Below the pieces are notes generated by a model that worked only from the letters and a program-made list of their open reading frames with translations, was not told the origin of the DNA and searched no databases. From Squalus acanthias (Eukaryota), in the NCBI GenBank assembly GCA_030390025.1, contig CM059432.1, positions 117,244,001 through 117,308,000 on the forward strand: a DNA stretch of 64,000 bases, in the 5' to 3' direction. The position numbers were made by a program, and so were the translations under genes. The number at the start of each line of letters is the position of its first letter. Position 1 is the first letter of the stretch. This document shows positions 11,468-24,642 of the stretch, piece by piece.

Positions 11468-14400
11468 GGGCTATAAATTGGATAGCCCCCGAAATAGGGC
11501 ACGAGGCTCCTGATGTGCGATTAACCTATGCCCGTTCAATGCAAACTTTGTGCTGCCTGCTAATTATAATGATAGTGGCATGCAACCCAGTGCTAAACAT
11601 ATTGCAGAGTGGTTGCAAGCTCAGCAGGGGACCCAAATTCGTGTGAAGCTAACACCAATTAAAGCTAGCCTGCAGTTCTTAAAGCCAGCCTGCACCTTTT
11701 AAAGGGGAGGTGCATTCTGGCTGCAGCAGGTACTGGAAGTCGTTGTAGAGGAATGTGTGACCTACAGGAAGAGTAAAATTGGGGCAACATGGCAGAGAGA
11801 GGGCTCCCAGATTTTCGGATGCAGCACTCGATGCCCTGTTGCAGGAGGTGGACAGGAAGGGAGATGTCCTGTATCCACAGGGGGCCAGGAAGCCCTGCAG
11901 GTGATGTTGAGAAGGGAATGGGAGCAGACAGTCTTCACTGTCAATGACAGCAGTGTAGACCCAGGACCTGGATGCAGTGCAGGAAGAAGTTCAAATGACC
12001 TCACATGAGTGATCAAGGTCAGTGAATGCATCTTCAAATGCCATATCCCACAAACTGCACCACTAGCCTCACACACTGCTCAATTTACCACACCCCATTA
12101 CTCACCTACCAAAAATCTATATCAATCATGACTCATACCTCACATTCATATGCTGCATCTCACTGTCACACACTTACCACTGCTCCAAGCCTCACACCCA
12201 TATCTCACAGCTTGCACACGCTGCCAGGTATTCAACTATGACAGCCATATCTGCCAAACACAATGAGCCACACTCACCGACACACTTCCCTCTCTCTTGC
12301 AAGACAAGGTGACACACAATCATAGGCAGCTGCAGCTAACTGTAGGGGGGCAGGCGAGCCTCCATATCCTGACACCGCTCGAGGAGATGGTGCTCGCCAT
12401 AATTGGAGCGGCTGTGACTGAGGCCCTCGCCAGTGGCAGGGCTGAAAGCATTGAAGGTGATGGTATCCATACCTAATCCTCCTTCTTACATCGCACTTCC
12501 CCGTCATCCCATTATTTCTTCTGATTTACAAGCTGCAGATGGCGTAAGCAACACCTCTTGATTTCCCCCTCCCTCCTCCCCCTTACCACAATGCCACCCT
12601 TGTGCCTTTCTCATTTCAGAGACTCAAGAAATCCAATCTGGCCAGGCAGTAGTGCAAGAGGAGGAGGAAGAGGAGAGTAATGATGAGAAACACTGTCACT
12701 CGATCTGACACTCACAGCCACCAGCTCAGATACCAGCACTGTGTGGACTTTAGAGGGTAGCTTAGAGGCGAGATCTGCACATGGTGAGTCACCAGGCATG
12801 AGTGGGCTGCAGCTAGCTTAGGGGGAAAGGGTAACGCAGGTGCCAGCTCCTTGGAGGGCGAGGTCACACACGAGTTCTGCTGCACAGGACTCAGGTGAGG
12901 ACTTTGATGGGGCAGCTTAAAGAAGAACACCGATGGGCATGCACACAGAACTGCTTGGTGCATTGCCAGGCCTGCCAGAAAGCCTGAGTGCAATGTCAAG
13001 GAGCATGGAGGAGTCCGGTACCAACCTTGCACAGGGCTTTGAGCAGAGCTTGGAGCCCATCCTTTCCAGCGTGGAAGGGGTGGGCAGATGCATTAGCACA
13101 CGTGTGGTCCCAACCGTGATGCAGCGTCTGATGGCCGATGTCTCAGCTTCCATTGCAGGACAAGCAGAAGCCTCCCAACGTCTGAGTGCTGCCATGCAAG
13201 CTCAGACTGCTGCCATCGTGGCTGGGTTTACCAGTGTTGAAAGGGGCTTGGAGGGTCTCACAACAGTCCAACAATCTGTCCTCCAGAAGATTATTAAGAT
13301 TGCTGAGGCGCCGCCCTGGAGGAGTGGCAGTGGCTCTGTGGAGCAAGAGCCTGCTGTCCTCTCTCAGGATGACAGCATTCATCCTCCCACCACTGCCGCT
13401 CTGCCAGCGTCCTTGCTGCTGCCTGTCAGCCAGCTGGCCCAGACTGCTGCCGTCCATGCCGAGGTGGTGCAGCCCAAAGCCAGGCCTACTAGGCCAAGAG
13501 CTGCTCAAGGTCGTCCTGCAAGGTTATCTGCAGCCTTCCACCAGCCATGCTGTAGCCACTGGGGTAGCACTGCGTAGAAGCATTAGGACAGGCAAACGCA
13601 CGCTGAAGACAGGCACTAAGGGAATGCACAAGGATGATTAGATGACTTTTGAATGAAATAGTGTAATGGTTTGATTCATAAAATTGGTTTGGAATGTTTG
13701 TTTAGTGGTGGCTTTTTTTGTAGCATTGTGGCTAAGAGGGTCAGTAACAGAGGGAAGGTAAGGTGTGGGGCTATTTTTGAATGGGTAATTGGGGTTCCTT
13801 TCATTGGTACCATAGACGGATGATTCGATCACGGACAGCCCGGGCAGGAAGGAGCTGTCTGGGTTCCCTCCTCCCTTCCGTTTGCTTTTCTTCTGCTTCC
13901 TTCTCCTCCTCTTCCATTTCCTCCGCCTCCTCTTCCTCCTCCTCCTCTTCCTCCCCCTCCCCCTCCTCAGCTGGTCACTGTATGCCTGGTGGCAAGCGCT
14001 GTGCCCTCATGATGGCGAGGTTGTGGAACATGCTGCAGACCACGATGAATCTTGAGACGCACTCTGGCGATTACTGCAGGGCTCCTCCAGAGCGGTCCAG
14101 GCAGCAGAAGCATTGTTTAAGGATGCCAGTGGTCTGCTCTATCAGATTCCGTGTGGCAGCATGGCTTTCATTGTATGCATGCTGCCCTCGTGTGCTTGTG
14201 TTGCGCAGCAGAGTCATGAGCCAGGTAGTCAGTGGATACCCCTTGTCGCCCAGTAGGCACCCTCTGATCTCCTGCTGAGAGCCCTTCTCCCCCTCCTCCC
14301 TCTTTGAGCAGCTTGTCCTGCTCTGTGTCACCTCTGCTCATTCTCCCTGTCATGCTCCAGGCCAAGAGGGATACAAACTACTGCACCCATGGCTGGAGCA

Positions 14401-14905
14401 ACTGGTCTGAGCAGACCCCTTGCAAGTCAGTACCACATCCTTGAGCATGTGCCACACCACTTCTTGCAGACTTTAGGCAACTTTACAGAAGTCTAGAAAG
14501 CCCCAAACACTTCTACAAACTCAGCAACAGCTAGTAGAAATCAATCAACAACTAACCTGTAAGTAGGTGAATGATCCCTTTAAACAGTGCTGGTGGGGGG
14601 TCCTTCTAGCTGCTGAATGCATGTTTAGCTGTGTGAGGTTAAGAGAGGGCATTAGCGCCAGCGTTGAAGTTGAAAATGGCAGCGCTGGCGTCAAATCAGC
14701 GTTACACGTCGATTGATGTCACGATCTGCCTACTCTGCATACTTACGTATTATGCTCCCAGCGCTGACGCTAATGCCCTCACCAAAATGGCGTCCAGCGT
14801 GGTCCGCACCAGAAGTGCCCACGCGCTACTCGGACGGTATTTTCAAGCCAATTTGGCACCCATAGCGCCCAAATAATGGGCGCTATGCAACCAAATTATT
14901 AGCCC
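11468..14905 (+). mobile_element. PIF/Harbinger transposon (internally deleted): spliced Myb/SANT gene (+) convergent with DDE transposase remnant (-)
   Basis: Imperfect TIRs GGGCTATAAATT/AATTATTAGCCC. Myb exon 1 (RAPRFSDAALDALLQEV...QCRKK) with donor at 12018, exon 2 ~12303-12462, exon 3 from 12620. Transposase motifs LLGDKGYPL, YNESHAATRNLIEQT at 14071-14280 (-). Confidence 0.85.
12933..13577 (+). pseudogene. C-terminal part of Harbinger Myb/SANT accessory protein (helical region plus Pro/Ala-rich tail)
   Basis: Open 214-aa stretch with homologues at 30392-31006, 22040-22366 and 63430-64000; upstream stop and frameshifts. Confidence 0.65.
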
Positions 14906-17900
14906 TGTGTGTCTCCCCTAAAGCGCCAATGCACATGCGTTAATCCGTTACTGTTGACAAACTGACTCTTCTGTAGTAGGTGGCCGTTTCACTTTAGAAG
15001 TTCATTTCTACATGTGCTGGGTTACAAATGCTGCAAGCAGGATAGTCATTTTACTCAAGCATTTCATTATTATATGCATATGAACTGAAGGAAATAATGA
15101 GTTTAATAAATTCCATTATATTTGTGGTAGCAGTTCATTTTCTCTTGTATAATTGACAGTGCACACACAATAGTACAGTGAGCAAGTATTTCTTATTTCA
15201 TAAGTGTCCCAATGTGATATAAACCTGTGTAAACATGATAGACAGGGTACTTCAGACTTTAATAAGGATTATGATATTCCGTCCTCCTCACTGATCTTAT
15301 ACTGCACTGCTCCTTCTCCAGTCAGTCTTCTCATCGGTAGAAGCTATAATGAGAGTGATGACTTTTATACTGAATTTTTTTTTCATCCATTATCAAGTTA
15401 CACTCTTCACGTTTAAAAGTAGGCCTCATGTCTCATTGTTGGCAGTTCATGACATTTGTGCATGGTTTCTTAGAGTCTGTTAATAAATATGTTGACTGCT
15501 ATTTCCATCGTAAGCATGCTTTTCATGACAAGGAATGGCTCTGGTAATGCTGTGGTGCAGAATCATCCTGTATGTGCCTATTAATGCTCCCTGGGTAGTA
15601 AACAATAAGTAATTATCTACCAAGTTTAAAGTACGATTTACAAATCATTTCAGTGTTAAATTACAACCACTGGTAACTTAAACCATCCAACACAATGTTA
15701 GGGATAATCATGCAAGCAAAAACACTTTATTACCTTAGCATTTAATTAGATATCTAGGAACTATTAATGCTGCATTTACATGACAGCATTACCAGCAGAA
15801 GCAACACTGCCTCCGGGAGCGTGACTGTAATACAAATCAGGTGATGCCAGTGTCTCTAGTGGCAGGGAGATCCATTTCAATGGATGGTTTGTCCCTGCAT
15901 CACTGGAAACAAAGCCACAATTTTGATTTTGTTTGGCCTCTGACGCATTTTTTTATATTGCTGGCCAATACGGATCTGACTCTAGCATTGAGGAAGGCCT
16001 GTGTGGCCAGCAAGTTAAAGTAATGAATACAGTCTGGAAGCAACTATGTATTCAGAAGACTGTTTCTAGTGGAATCAGTGCTGTAACATAAACACGCCAC
16101 AAATGCAGGAAAGAGTTGACAAGGCCTGTGTGCAACTGGGGAATAGTTCCAACATTTCAGTGCATTTGTTGCTGTCAAAATATCACAGTACTGTTGAACG
16201 ACCTGGTTTCAAACTCCTGTTATTGATCTGTTTCTGTTTGGTGTCACATTAGTGGTTCCTTTTTTCTTTGCTTTGTTTCTTTTCCTCTCACCAATTTTCT
16301 CCCCACTTCTTCCTGGCGTGTTGACTCCGTTGCGGAGTACAATGGCTTGTGGGTGTGAATGCTCCAACAGTTCTCTCACACTCTCAGTCAATACAGTTAA
16401 TTTAAGCGCTCCTTTTTTTTTAACTGTATTTCAAGGGGAGGATTTTGTCATTTTTTAAAATCAATCAATAAAGTTGATCTCATACTTAACCGACTATGTG
16501 TAACATTTCATTCTTCACTCTTCTATTGGCTAGGGCTGAATGATCAAGTAAAGCTACACCAGTTAATCTGCTGTACCACAATGTTTTATATATCAATGAT
16601 GAACTGTGTGAGAAATAATCTGTAGATTTACAGATCTCACTTAACTTCAGATTATAATTAAAGTGGATCACTTTGCAGGTGCATGGAGAAAGGGTGATGG
16701 AGCAGGATACTGTAGCCTAGTCATTATGGTACTGCACTTGCAACCCAGAGGTTGTAAAGTTGAGTGAAATAAATCAGGTAATTTGTGGACTGGCCGAAAC
16801 CCAAAATAAACTGGGGTAAATATTGACAGTGCCGCCAAGCCGATGACAATCCGAGTGTCAGTGCTATGCTGTGTTGAAGCGCTGTACTTGTTGAGTTCTG
16901 CCCTTAGCCATGTAGAGAACTTCAGTAGAGAACTTCAATGCAGCACTGTGTAACGAAACACAGCCTTTATTTTATTCTCACTCTGCACACTCGGGGTTTC
17001 TCACCATCTCCTCCGAAGGTGTTGGTAAGTGCCGGGATTACAGTTAACATTCCACAGAGTTGTAATGCAAGAACCCCCAAGTTGGGCCCCTTGTACAGTC
17101 CCACTCGGTTGTGTTGAATGCATCAAATTACACATTCCAGGAAAAGTGCTGGTTTATTATTGTCCTCCCACTTCCTGGTGGTGCAACTACAAACCTTGTT
17201 AATTACACCGGTTGGTGTCACTAAACACAGCCAGAAAAACATCACCATGAAAGCTGCTTGATTGTTGTAAAATCCCAAGTAGTTCCCTTAAGTCATTCAG
17301 GCCTGGTCTACATGTGATTCCAGCCCCTATGTGGTTTACTCATAATAACAACTAGGGATAAACACAAAATACTGCTTTGTCAGTGTTGGCCGCACCCCAA
17401 GAACAAATATGAATAAGAAATCAGTTGTAATCTGCAGGATCTCAATTGCACAGGTGGAATTTTACTTGTTTTGCTCCTCCATACTGCTGACATGAAGCCC
17501 AAACCATATCACAATTGAAGCTGTCACTCTTCTTACATCAGGAACAACAGCTGTAAAAAGTCACTGTTCTAGTCCACGGGAGAGAGAATAGCGAATAGCC
17601 ATGCGTTAATTCGGTGATTCTGTCTCACCGTTTGGCAAACATAAAAAAAAGGTCTGTCAGAAAATTCTTTATAAAGACATGCCCTTTTAAAGCCCATTAT
17701 TCCATAAATGCTGTGTGGGGGAAAAAAACTCCATTTAAACTAATCTCTTACATTCTTATGCAGCCATTTTGAGATATCTTTAAAGTATTTTCATTTAGTT
17801 TTTGGCTTGCTGTTGACTGTTTGACTTGCTTTGCAAATAAAAATTCTCCAGTCAATTTGCTAATGTTCTGCTATTTGCAGAGCCATGCATTCTCTGATAT

Positions 17901-19177
17901 TTAATTAGATACACGGGCCAGATAGAAATCAAAGGTAGGAAAGCGACATTATTGTATGGGATTTAGTGCCGCTGATTTACCTGGCCGATTTCAAATTGGC
18001 TGACAAGAGTTTTTTTGTGATTCTCTGAGGAAACCTGTATTTTCTCAGTGAATTGTACAGAGCCTTAGCAGGTATTGTGAAATAAATAGGGCTAGAAATT
18101 CATTATAGCCCAGGAATGGGCGGTATCATTGGAAAAGTTGTGAATTAGCAGCAGAAGCTAATGCTTTAGACTGCATGCAAAATTTATTCTCACTGTTCAA
18201 AGAAATGATTGGAGTCCTAATTCAAGCCTTAAAGCCCAAGCTCATTGGCTCTACACTCAAAGGGTGAACCAATATCGGGTGCAGTCTAATCGCAAGTCAT
18301 CATTGCCACAGGCTTTTCCCAGTACTTAAAGGGAAGGTTCATTGATGCTGCAGAACCTCATTCTCGGCATTGCTAGTTCTGCAGCTGGCTCAGTCAGCAG
18401 CAGCAGGTCAAGGAGAAGGAGCCAGATGACTCAAGCAGCTGTAATGATGGCAGATCCACCCCCCCCCAGGGAGAGAGTCCGCAGATTCTATGATCAAGCA
18501 TTGGAGGCGTTGGTGTTCGCTGTGGAGAGATGGAGGGCAGTGCTCTACCCGACAAGTGGCAGGAGGCCCTCGCCCCTCGCCCCAAGTCTTCTGCACCATG
18601 TGGAGGGAGGTAGCGCAGCATGTCTCGGGCAGCACTGTGGTCCCCAGGACCCACACACAGTGCAGGAAGAAATTTAATGACCTAACTCGGGTGGTCAGGG
18701 TGAGTCAATGCTTCAACAAATGCTACATACCACCATCGTAACCACAGTATGCACACACTGCCCAAAGAACCACACCCCCAGCACTCACCTACCAACAATC
18801 TCTACCTACTAACACTCACACCCACATCTCACACCTTGCACATAAGGACAGCTATTCAACTATGGTAGGCACATCACCCAAACACATTACTCCACACTCA
18901 CTCACATACTTTCCTTTCTCTTGCAAGCCAAGGTGGCTCACAACAGGAGGGACCAGGAGCACACAGGCGGGGGACAAGCCGACACCCAATCACTGCCTGT
19001 GCTGGAGGAAAGAGTGCTGCAGATTATTGAGCACCAGGTGGTGAGTGCCGTGGCCACTGGTGACGTTGAACCCCCTTGGGGACAACAACGGTATGTTCAT
19101 CTCTACTCCTTCTTCTCACATCCCCCTTTCCCCTCACTCCAGAAGCCTTTCCCACTTTCCAGCTAATCATGATGTAT

Positions 19178-21680
19178 TTTTTTATTCGCTTATGGGATCT
19201 GTGCGTCGCTGGCAAGGCCAGCATTTATTGCCCATCCCTAGCTGCCCTCGAGAAGGTGGTGGTGAGCTGCCTTCTTGAACCACTGCAGTCCGTGTGGTGA
19301 AGGTACTCCCACAGTGCTGTTAGGTAGGAAGTTCCAGGATTTTGACCCAGCGACGATGAAGGATCGGCGATATACTTCTAAGTCAGGATGGTGTGTGACT
19401 TGGAGGGAAACTTGGAGGTGGTGGTGTTCCCATGCGCCTGCTGCCCTTGTCCTTCTAGGTGGAAGAGGCTGCGGGTTTGGGAGGTGCTGCCGAAGAAGCC
19501 TTGGTGAGTTGCTGCAGTGCATCTTGTAGATGGTACACACTGCAGCCACGGTACGCTGGTGGTGGAGGGAGTGAATGTTTAAGGTGGTGGATGGGGTGCC
19601 AATCAAATGGGCTGCTTTTTCCTGGATGGTGTCTAGCTTCTTGAGTGTTGTTGCAGCTGCACTCATCCAGGCAAGTGGAGAGTATTCCATCACACTCCTT
19701 ACTTGTGCCTTGTAGATGGTGGAAAGGCTTTGGGGAGTCAGGAGGTGAGACACTCGCCACAGAATGCATAGCCTCTGACCTGCTCTTGTTGTCACAGTAT
19801 TTATGTGGCTGGTCCAGTTAAGTTTCTGGTCAATGGTGACCCCCAGGATGTTGATGGTGGGGGATTCGGCGATGGCAATGCCGTTGAATGTCAAGGGGAG
19901 GTGGTTAGATTCTCGCTTGTTGGAGATAGTCATTGCCTGGCACTTCTGTGGCGGGAATGTTATCTGCCACTTATCAGCCCAAGCCTGAACGTCGTCCTGG
20001 TCTTGTTGCATGCGGGCATGAACTGCTTCATTATCTGAGGAGTTGTGAATGGCACTGAACACTGTGCAGTCATCAGCGAACATCCCCATTTCTGACCTTA
20101 TGTTGGAGGGAAGGTCATTGATGAAGCAGCTGAAGATGGTTGGGCCTAGGACACTGCCCTGAGGAACTCCTGCAGCCATGTCCTGGGGCTGTGATGATTG
20201 ACCTCCAACCACTACAACCATCTTCCTTTCTGCTAGGTATGACTCCAGCCAGTGGAGAGTTTTCCCCCTGATTCCCATTGACTTCAGTTTTACTAGGGCT
20301 CCTTGATGCCACATTCAGTCAAATGCTGCCTTGATGACAAGGGCAGTCACTCTCACCTCACCTCTGGAATTCAGCTCCTTTGTCCATGTTTGGACCAAGG
20401 CTGTAATGAGGTTGGGAGCTGAGTGGTCTTGGCGGAACCCAAATTGGGCATCCGTGAGCAGGTTATTGGTGAGTAAGTGCCGCTTGATAGCACTGTCGAT
20501 GACACCTTCCATCACTTTGCTGATGATTGAGAGTAGAATGATGGGGCGGTAATTGGCCGGATTGGGTTTGTCCTGCTGTTTGTGGACAGGACACACCTGG
20601 GCAGTTTTCCACATTGTCGGATAGATGCCAGTGTTGTAGCTGTACTGGAACAGCTTGGCTAGAGGCGTGGCTAGTTCTGGAGCACAAGTCTTCAGCATGA
20701 TAGCCGGGATGTTGTCAGGGCCCATATCCTTTGCTGTATCCAGTGCGCTCAGCCGTTTCTTGATATCACGTGGAGTGAATCGAATTGGCTGAAGACTGGC
20801 TTCTATGATGGTGGGGACCTCAGGAGGAGGCTGATATGGATTATCCACTTGGCACTTCTGGCTGAAGATGGTTGCAAACGCTTCAGCCTTGTCTTTTGCA
20901 CTCATGTGCTGGGCTCCACCATCATTGAGGATGGGGATATTCATGGAGCCTCCTCCTCCCGTTAGTTGTTTAATGATCCACCACCATTCACGACTGGATG
21001 TGGCAGGACTGCAGAGCTTTGATCTGATCCGTTGATTGTGGGATCGCTTAGCCCTGTCTATAGCATGCTGCTTCTGCTTTTTAGCATGTATTTAGTTGCA
21101 ACTTCCCCAGGATTGCACCTCATTTTTAGGTACGCCTGGTGTTGCTCCTGGCATGCTCTTCTACACTCCTTATTGAACCAGGGTTGGTCCCCTGGCTTGG
21201 TGGTAATCGTAGAGTGAGGGATATGCCGGGCCATAAGGTTACAGATTGTGGTGGAATACAATTCTGCTGCTGCTGATGGCCCACAGTGCCTCATGGATGC
21301 CCAGTTTTGAGCTGCTAGATCTGTTCAGAATCTATCCCATTTAGCACGGTGGTAGTGCCACACAACACGATGGAGGGTGTCCTCTGTGTGAAGATGGGAC
21401 TTCGTCTCCACAATGACTGTGCAGTGGTCACTGCTACCAATGCTGTCATGGACAGATGCGTCTGCGACAGGTAGATTGGTGAGGACGAGGTCAAGTAGGT
21501 TTTTCCTTCGTGTTGGTTCTCTCGCCACCTGTCACAGGCACAGACTGGCAGTTATGTCCTTCAGGACTTTGCCAGCTCAGTCAGTAGTGGTGCTACCGAG
21601 CCACTCTTGGTGATGGACATTGAAGTCCTCCACCCAGACTATATTCTGTGCCCTTGATACTCTCAGTGCTTCTTCCAAGC
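19178..21680 (-). mobile_element. CR1/L2-group LINE, 5'-truncated, with endonuclease end and RT, inserted in Harbinger Myb intron 2
   Basis: ORFs 21325-21528 (LLDLVLTN..SDH), 20315-20944 (NYRPI.LLS, QFGFR) and 19238-20314 (GVPQGSVLGP, FADD); A-rich tail near 19178. Confidence 0.92.
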
Positions 21681-22531
21681 CTTATGCATGCCTTTCTCCC
21701 TTTATGACCCCCTCCCCTCACCTTAAAGCGACTCTTGTGCCTTTATGCTTTCAGAAAATGAGCACCTGTGCAGCCTGTCCCTGAGGGCACCGTTGAGAGC
21801 GAGGCGGGAGAAGAGGACGAGGAAGAACATACCGCGTCACTGCATGTCTCACCCACAGACACCAGCTCAGATACTGGCACTACGCTTCCTTTAGAGGCTA
21901 GTATAGTAGCGGAATCTACTTAGGGTGAGGCACCGGGGACGAGTGGGTTGCAGCAAGGCCAGGGGAAAAGGGTAGCTCGGGGGCCAGCACCCTGGAGGGC
22001 GAGTTCGTGCGTGAGTTCTGCTGCACAGGGATGCTAAAGTCCTGCCCCGGGCGTTTGGCAGTGGGTCAGGATGACAGCATTCCTGCTCCCACCACTGCCA
22101 CTCCGCCATTGCCCTTGTTGCTGCCTGTCATCCAGCCAGCCCAGACTGCTGCCGCCCTTGCTGAGGTGGTGCAGTCTGCAGCCGGGCCTTCCAGGCCCAG
22201 AGCTGGTCGAGGGTGCCTTGCAAAGCCTTCTGAAGTCTCCCGCATGGACACTCAGCAGCCTTCTACCAGCCGTGCTGCAGCCACTGGGCCAACACTTCGT
22301 AGGAGCACAAGAGCAGGCAAAGGCACAGTAATGAGAGGCATTAAGGGTTTGCATAAGGGTGAATAGTTCATATTGTTGTTGTAAATATGTGTTAACTGAT
22401 TATTGATAAATTTATTAATTCAGTTTGGATTCTTTTGTGGTGTTTCTCATTTCAGCTTTGCGCTGTGATATGTCCTGCGACAGGGATGGAATAATGGGAA
22501 TATGGTGAGCAACGGGGATCTGGGTTTGAAT

Positions 22532-23408
22532 TTATTGGAACTGTAGTCTGATGAGGTGATCACGGACCACCCTTCCAGAACACCGATTGAGTGGCTGCCT
22601 CCTCCCTTGCTCCTGTTCCTCCTCCTCCTCACCATCCTCCTCATCTTCCTCTTCTTCCTCGGCCTCCTTCTCCTCGTCCTGCTCTCCCTCTTGCTCCTCC
22701 TCAGGTGGTCCCACAATCCCTGGTGTCAAGGGCTGGACCCTCATGATGGATATTTGTGGAGCATGCAGCAGATCACCACGAAATGGGACACCTGCTCAGC
22801 CGAGTACTGGAGGGCTCCTCCCGAGCGGTCAAGGCAGCGGAACCGTTGCTTGAGCATCCCGATGGTCTGCTCGATGATGTTCCTGGTGGCAGCATGGCTC
22901 TCATTATATGATTGCTGGGAAGGAGTGTTGGGGTTGCGGAGGGGTATCATGAGTCAGGTGGAGAGCAGATAGGCCTTGTCTCTGACCAACCAGCTGCGAG
23001 CTTGACATGGTGGCTGGAAGAGTGCTGGCACAGGATGAAGGCATCGTGGCTGCTGCCAGGGTAGTGGGCATTCACATTGAGGAATCGCTGTCTGTGGCCA
23101 CACACCAACTGCACATTGAGTGAGTGGTAGCCTTTCCGGTTACGGAAGATGTCAGGATTGTTATGTGGTGCCTGCAAAGCCACATGGGTGCAGTCAATGG
23201 CGCCCTGCACCATGGGGAATCCCGCTTGTCCTGCTTCTCTCTGGTGATGGGGAAGGAAATGTAGTCCCTTCTCCTATTGTAGAGAGTCTTGTGACCTGCC
23301 GGATGCAGCGATGGACGGTGAACTGTGAGATGTTAGCTATGTCTCCTGTTGCAGACAGGAAGGACCCGCTGGCAAAGAAATTGACAGCGACGGTGACCTT
23401 GACTGCCA
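22532..23408 (-). pseudogene. Harbinger (HARBI1-like) DDE transposase, frameshifted
   Basis: FFASGSF..GD, VQGAIDCTHV, RNRKGYHSLNVQLVC, YPGSSHDAFIL, YNESHAATRNIIEQTIGMLKQRFRCL, CCMLH; acidic C-terminal tail. Confidence 0.88.
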
Positions 23409-23779
23409 CTGAGTCATGGGAGAGCCCGGGTGCAGCCGTGCACCTCTGTGCAGTGCTTGTCAGTGTTTGCAGCACCTCAATGCTGTCGAACACTGACAGC
23501 ACAACTGTCAAAATGAATGTGGAGATGGGCCCTTTAAGGAAACCGGCTGATGATGTGTCATCAAATTAAGTCATCAGATCCGCTTCCTTCAATTGGCTGG
23601 GAAACGCACTGGGCGGGCTTAACAAACCCAATCAATGTAAGATCACTTTGGACAGCGGGCTGGAGCCAGCAGCGGGGTCGCACCCCAGCACCAACCCCAG
23701 CCGCACCGGACCCACCGAGGTAGGGGAAATCGCGGCCATAGAGTTAGTGACTGAAACAGAAATAATATAGTAGTACAAG

Positions 23780-23905
23780 AGCAAAATACTGCGGATGCTG
23801 GAAATCTGAAATAAAAACAGAAAATGCTGGAAATGCTCAGCAGGTCAGGCAGCAACTGTGGAGAGAGAAACAGAGTTAATGTTTCAGGTCGATAACCTTT
23901 TGTCA
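23780..23905 (-). mobile_element. Penelope family 2 terminal-repeat fragment
   Basis: GCAAAATACTGCGGATGCTGGAAATCTG... matches the end of the GIY-YIG element at 40916-41910. Confidence 0.7.
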
Positions 23906-24642
23906 TGAGGACTTTCAAATTTGTTGTAAGTAAACAAGACAAATAGAAATACATGTATCAATATCAATTAAAAATATTGGCGATTTCCTCCACCACAGTC
24001 ACTGTAAACGTAATGGCCAATAATATAGTGGTGACTGGCTGCTTTTGTTGGGCTTTATGTGGCACTGTCATTTTAATCTGCTCTGTGGAAAGGTATCATT
24101 TTGCTCCTTCAATAAAAGAGAGAAAAAAAGCATTAAAATGGAGAATTCAATATAACAAAAAAGTAAATTGTCTTTTCAGATGGAGGTATGTGTGGTACAA
24201 CAGATGAATGCTTGCACATTGTCCATTTCGAATGCAATCAGCCTCGATGTCTGCCAAAAAATATCAGCCATCAGTAAAATAAAATTAGGAAAATTGCCTC
24301 TCAGGTTGCATAACTAGAAGTGCTTTGTCATGTCAAAGCCACAAATGAAAGGATATATAGTCAATCCGAGAGTGGTCTGAACCCTGGGCTGTGGTGTATG
24401 ATAAATTAGTACAGTGAAGATGTACAGCTAATTACATTATCCAGACATTATGTATTCTCCTCGCGTACTAAAACAGCAAGCTATTTTACTTCAACTTGCA
24501 ATTCTGAAAATCACTCTAGGTTTATACGTTTCCTCCATTTTTGTTTAAATGCTTAAGGATACACATCAGACTTTATTGATCTTTACGTTCACAGTGACAG
24601 TGGTGGAGGAAATTGGCAATTTTAAAATTGATATTGATACAT

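Larger units (their letters stand above)
18089..23737 (+). mobile_element. Composite Harbinger element (Myb + transposase) interrupted by a LINE
   Basis: Starts GGGCTAGAAATT, ends AAATCGCGGCC, ATA on both flanks. Myb exon 1 at ~18445-18699 (RFYDQALEALV...QCRKKFNDL). Confidence 0.7.

Noticed and set aside
16700..17410. Old SINE with an internal insertion
   Set aside because: Too degenerate to set boundaries or a family by eye.
22532..23408. Host HARBI1 or NAIF1/MSANTD gene
   Set aside because: Several frameshifted copies lie within TIR-bounded elements; these are transposon relics.
24180..24185. 6-nt microexon (TTTTCAG|ATGGAG|GTATGT)
   Set aside because: It lies inside the putative foldback element and has no other support; a chance match is likely.
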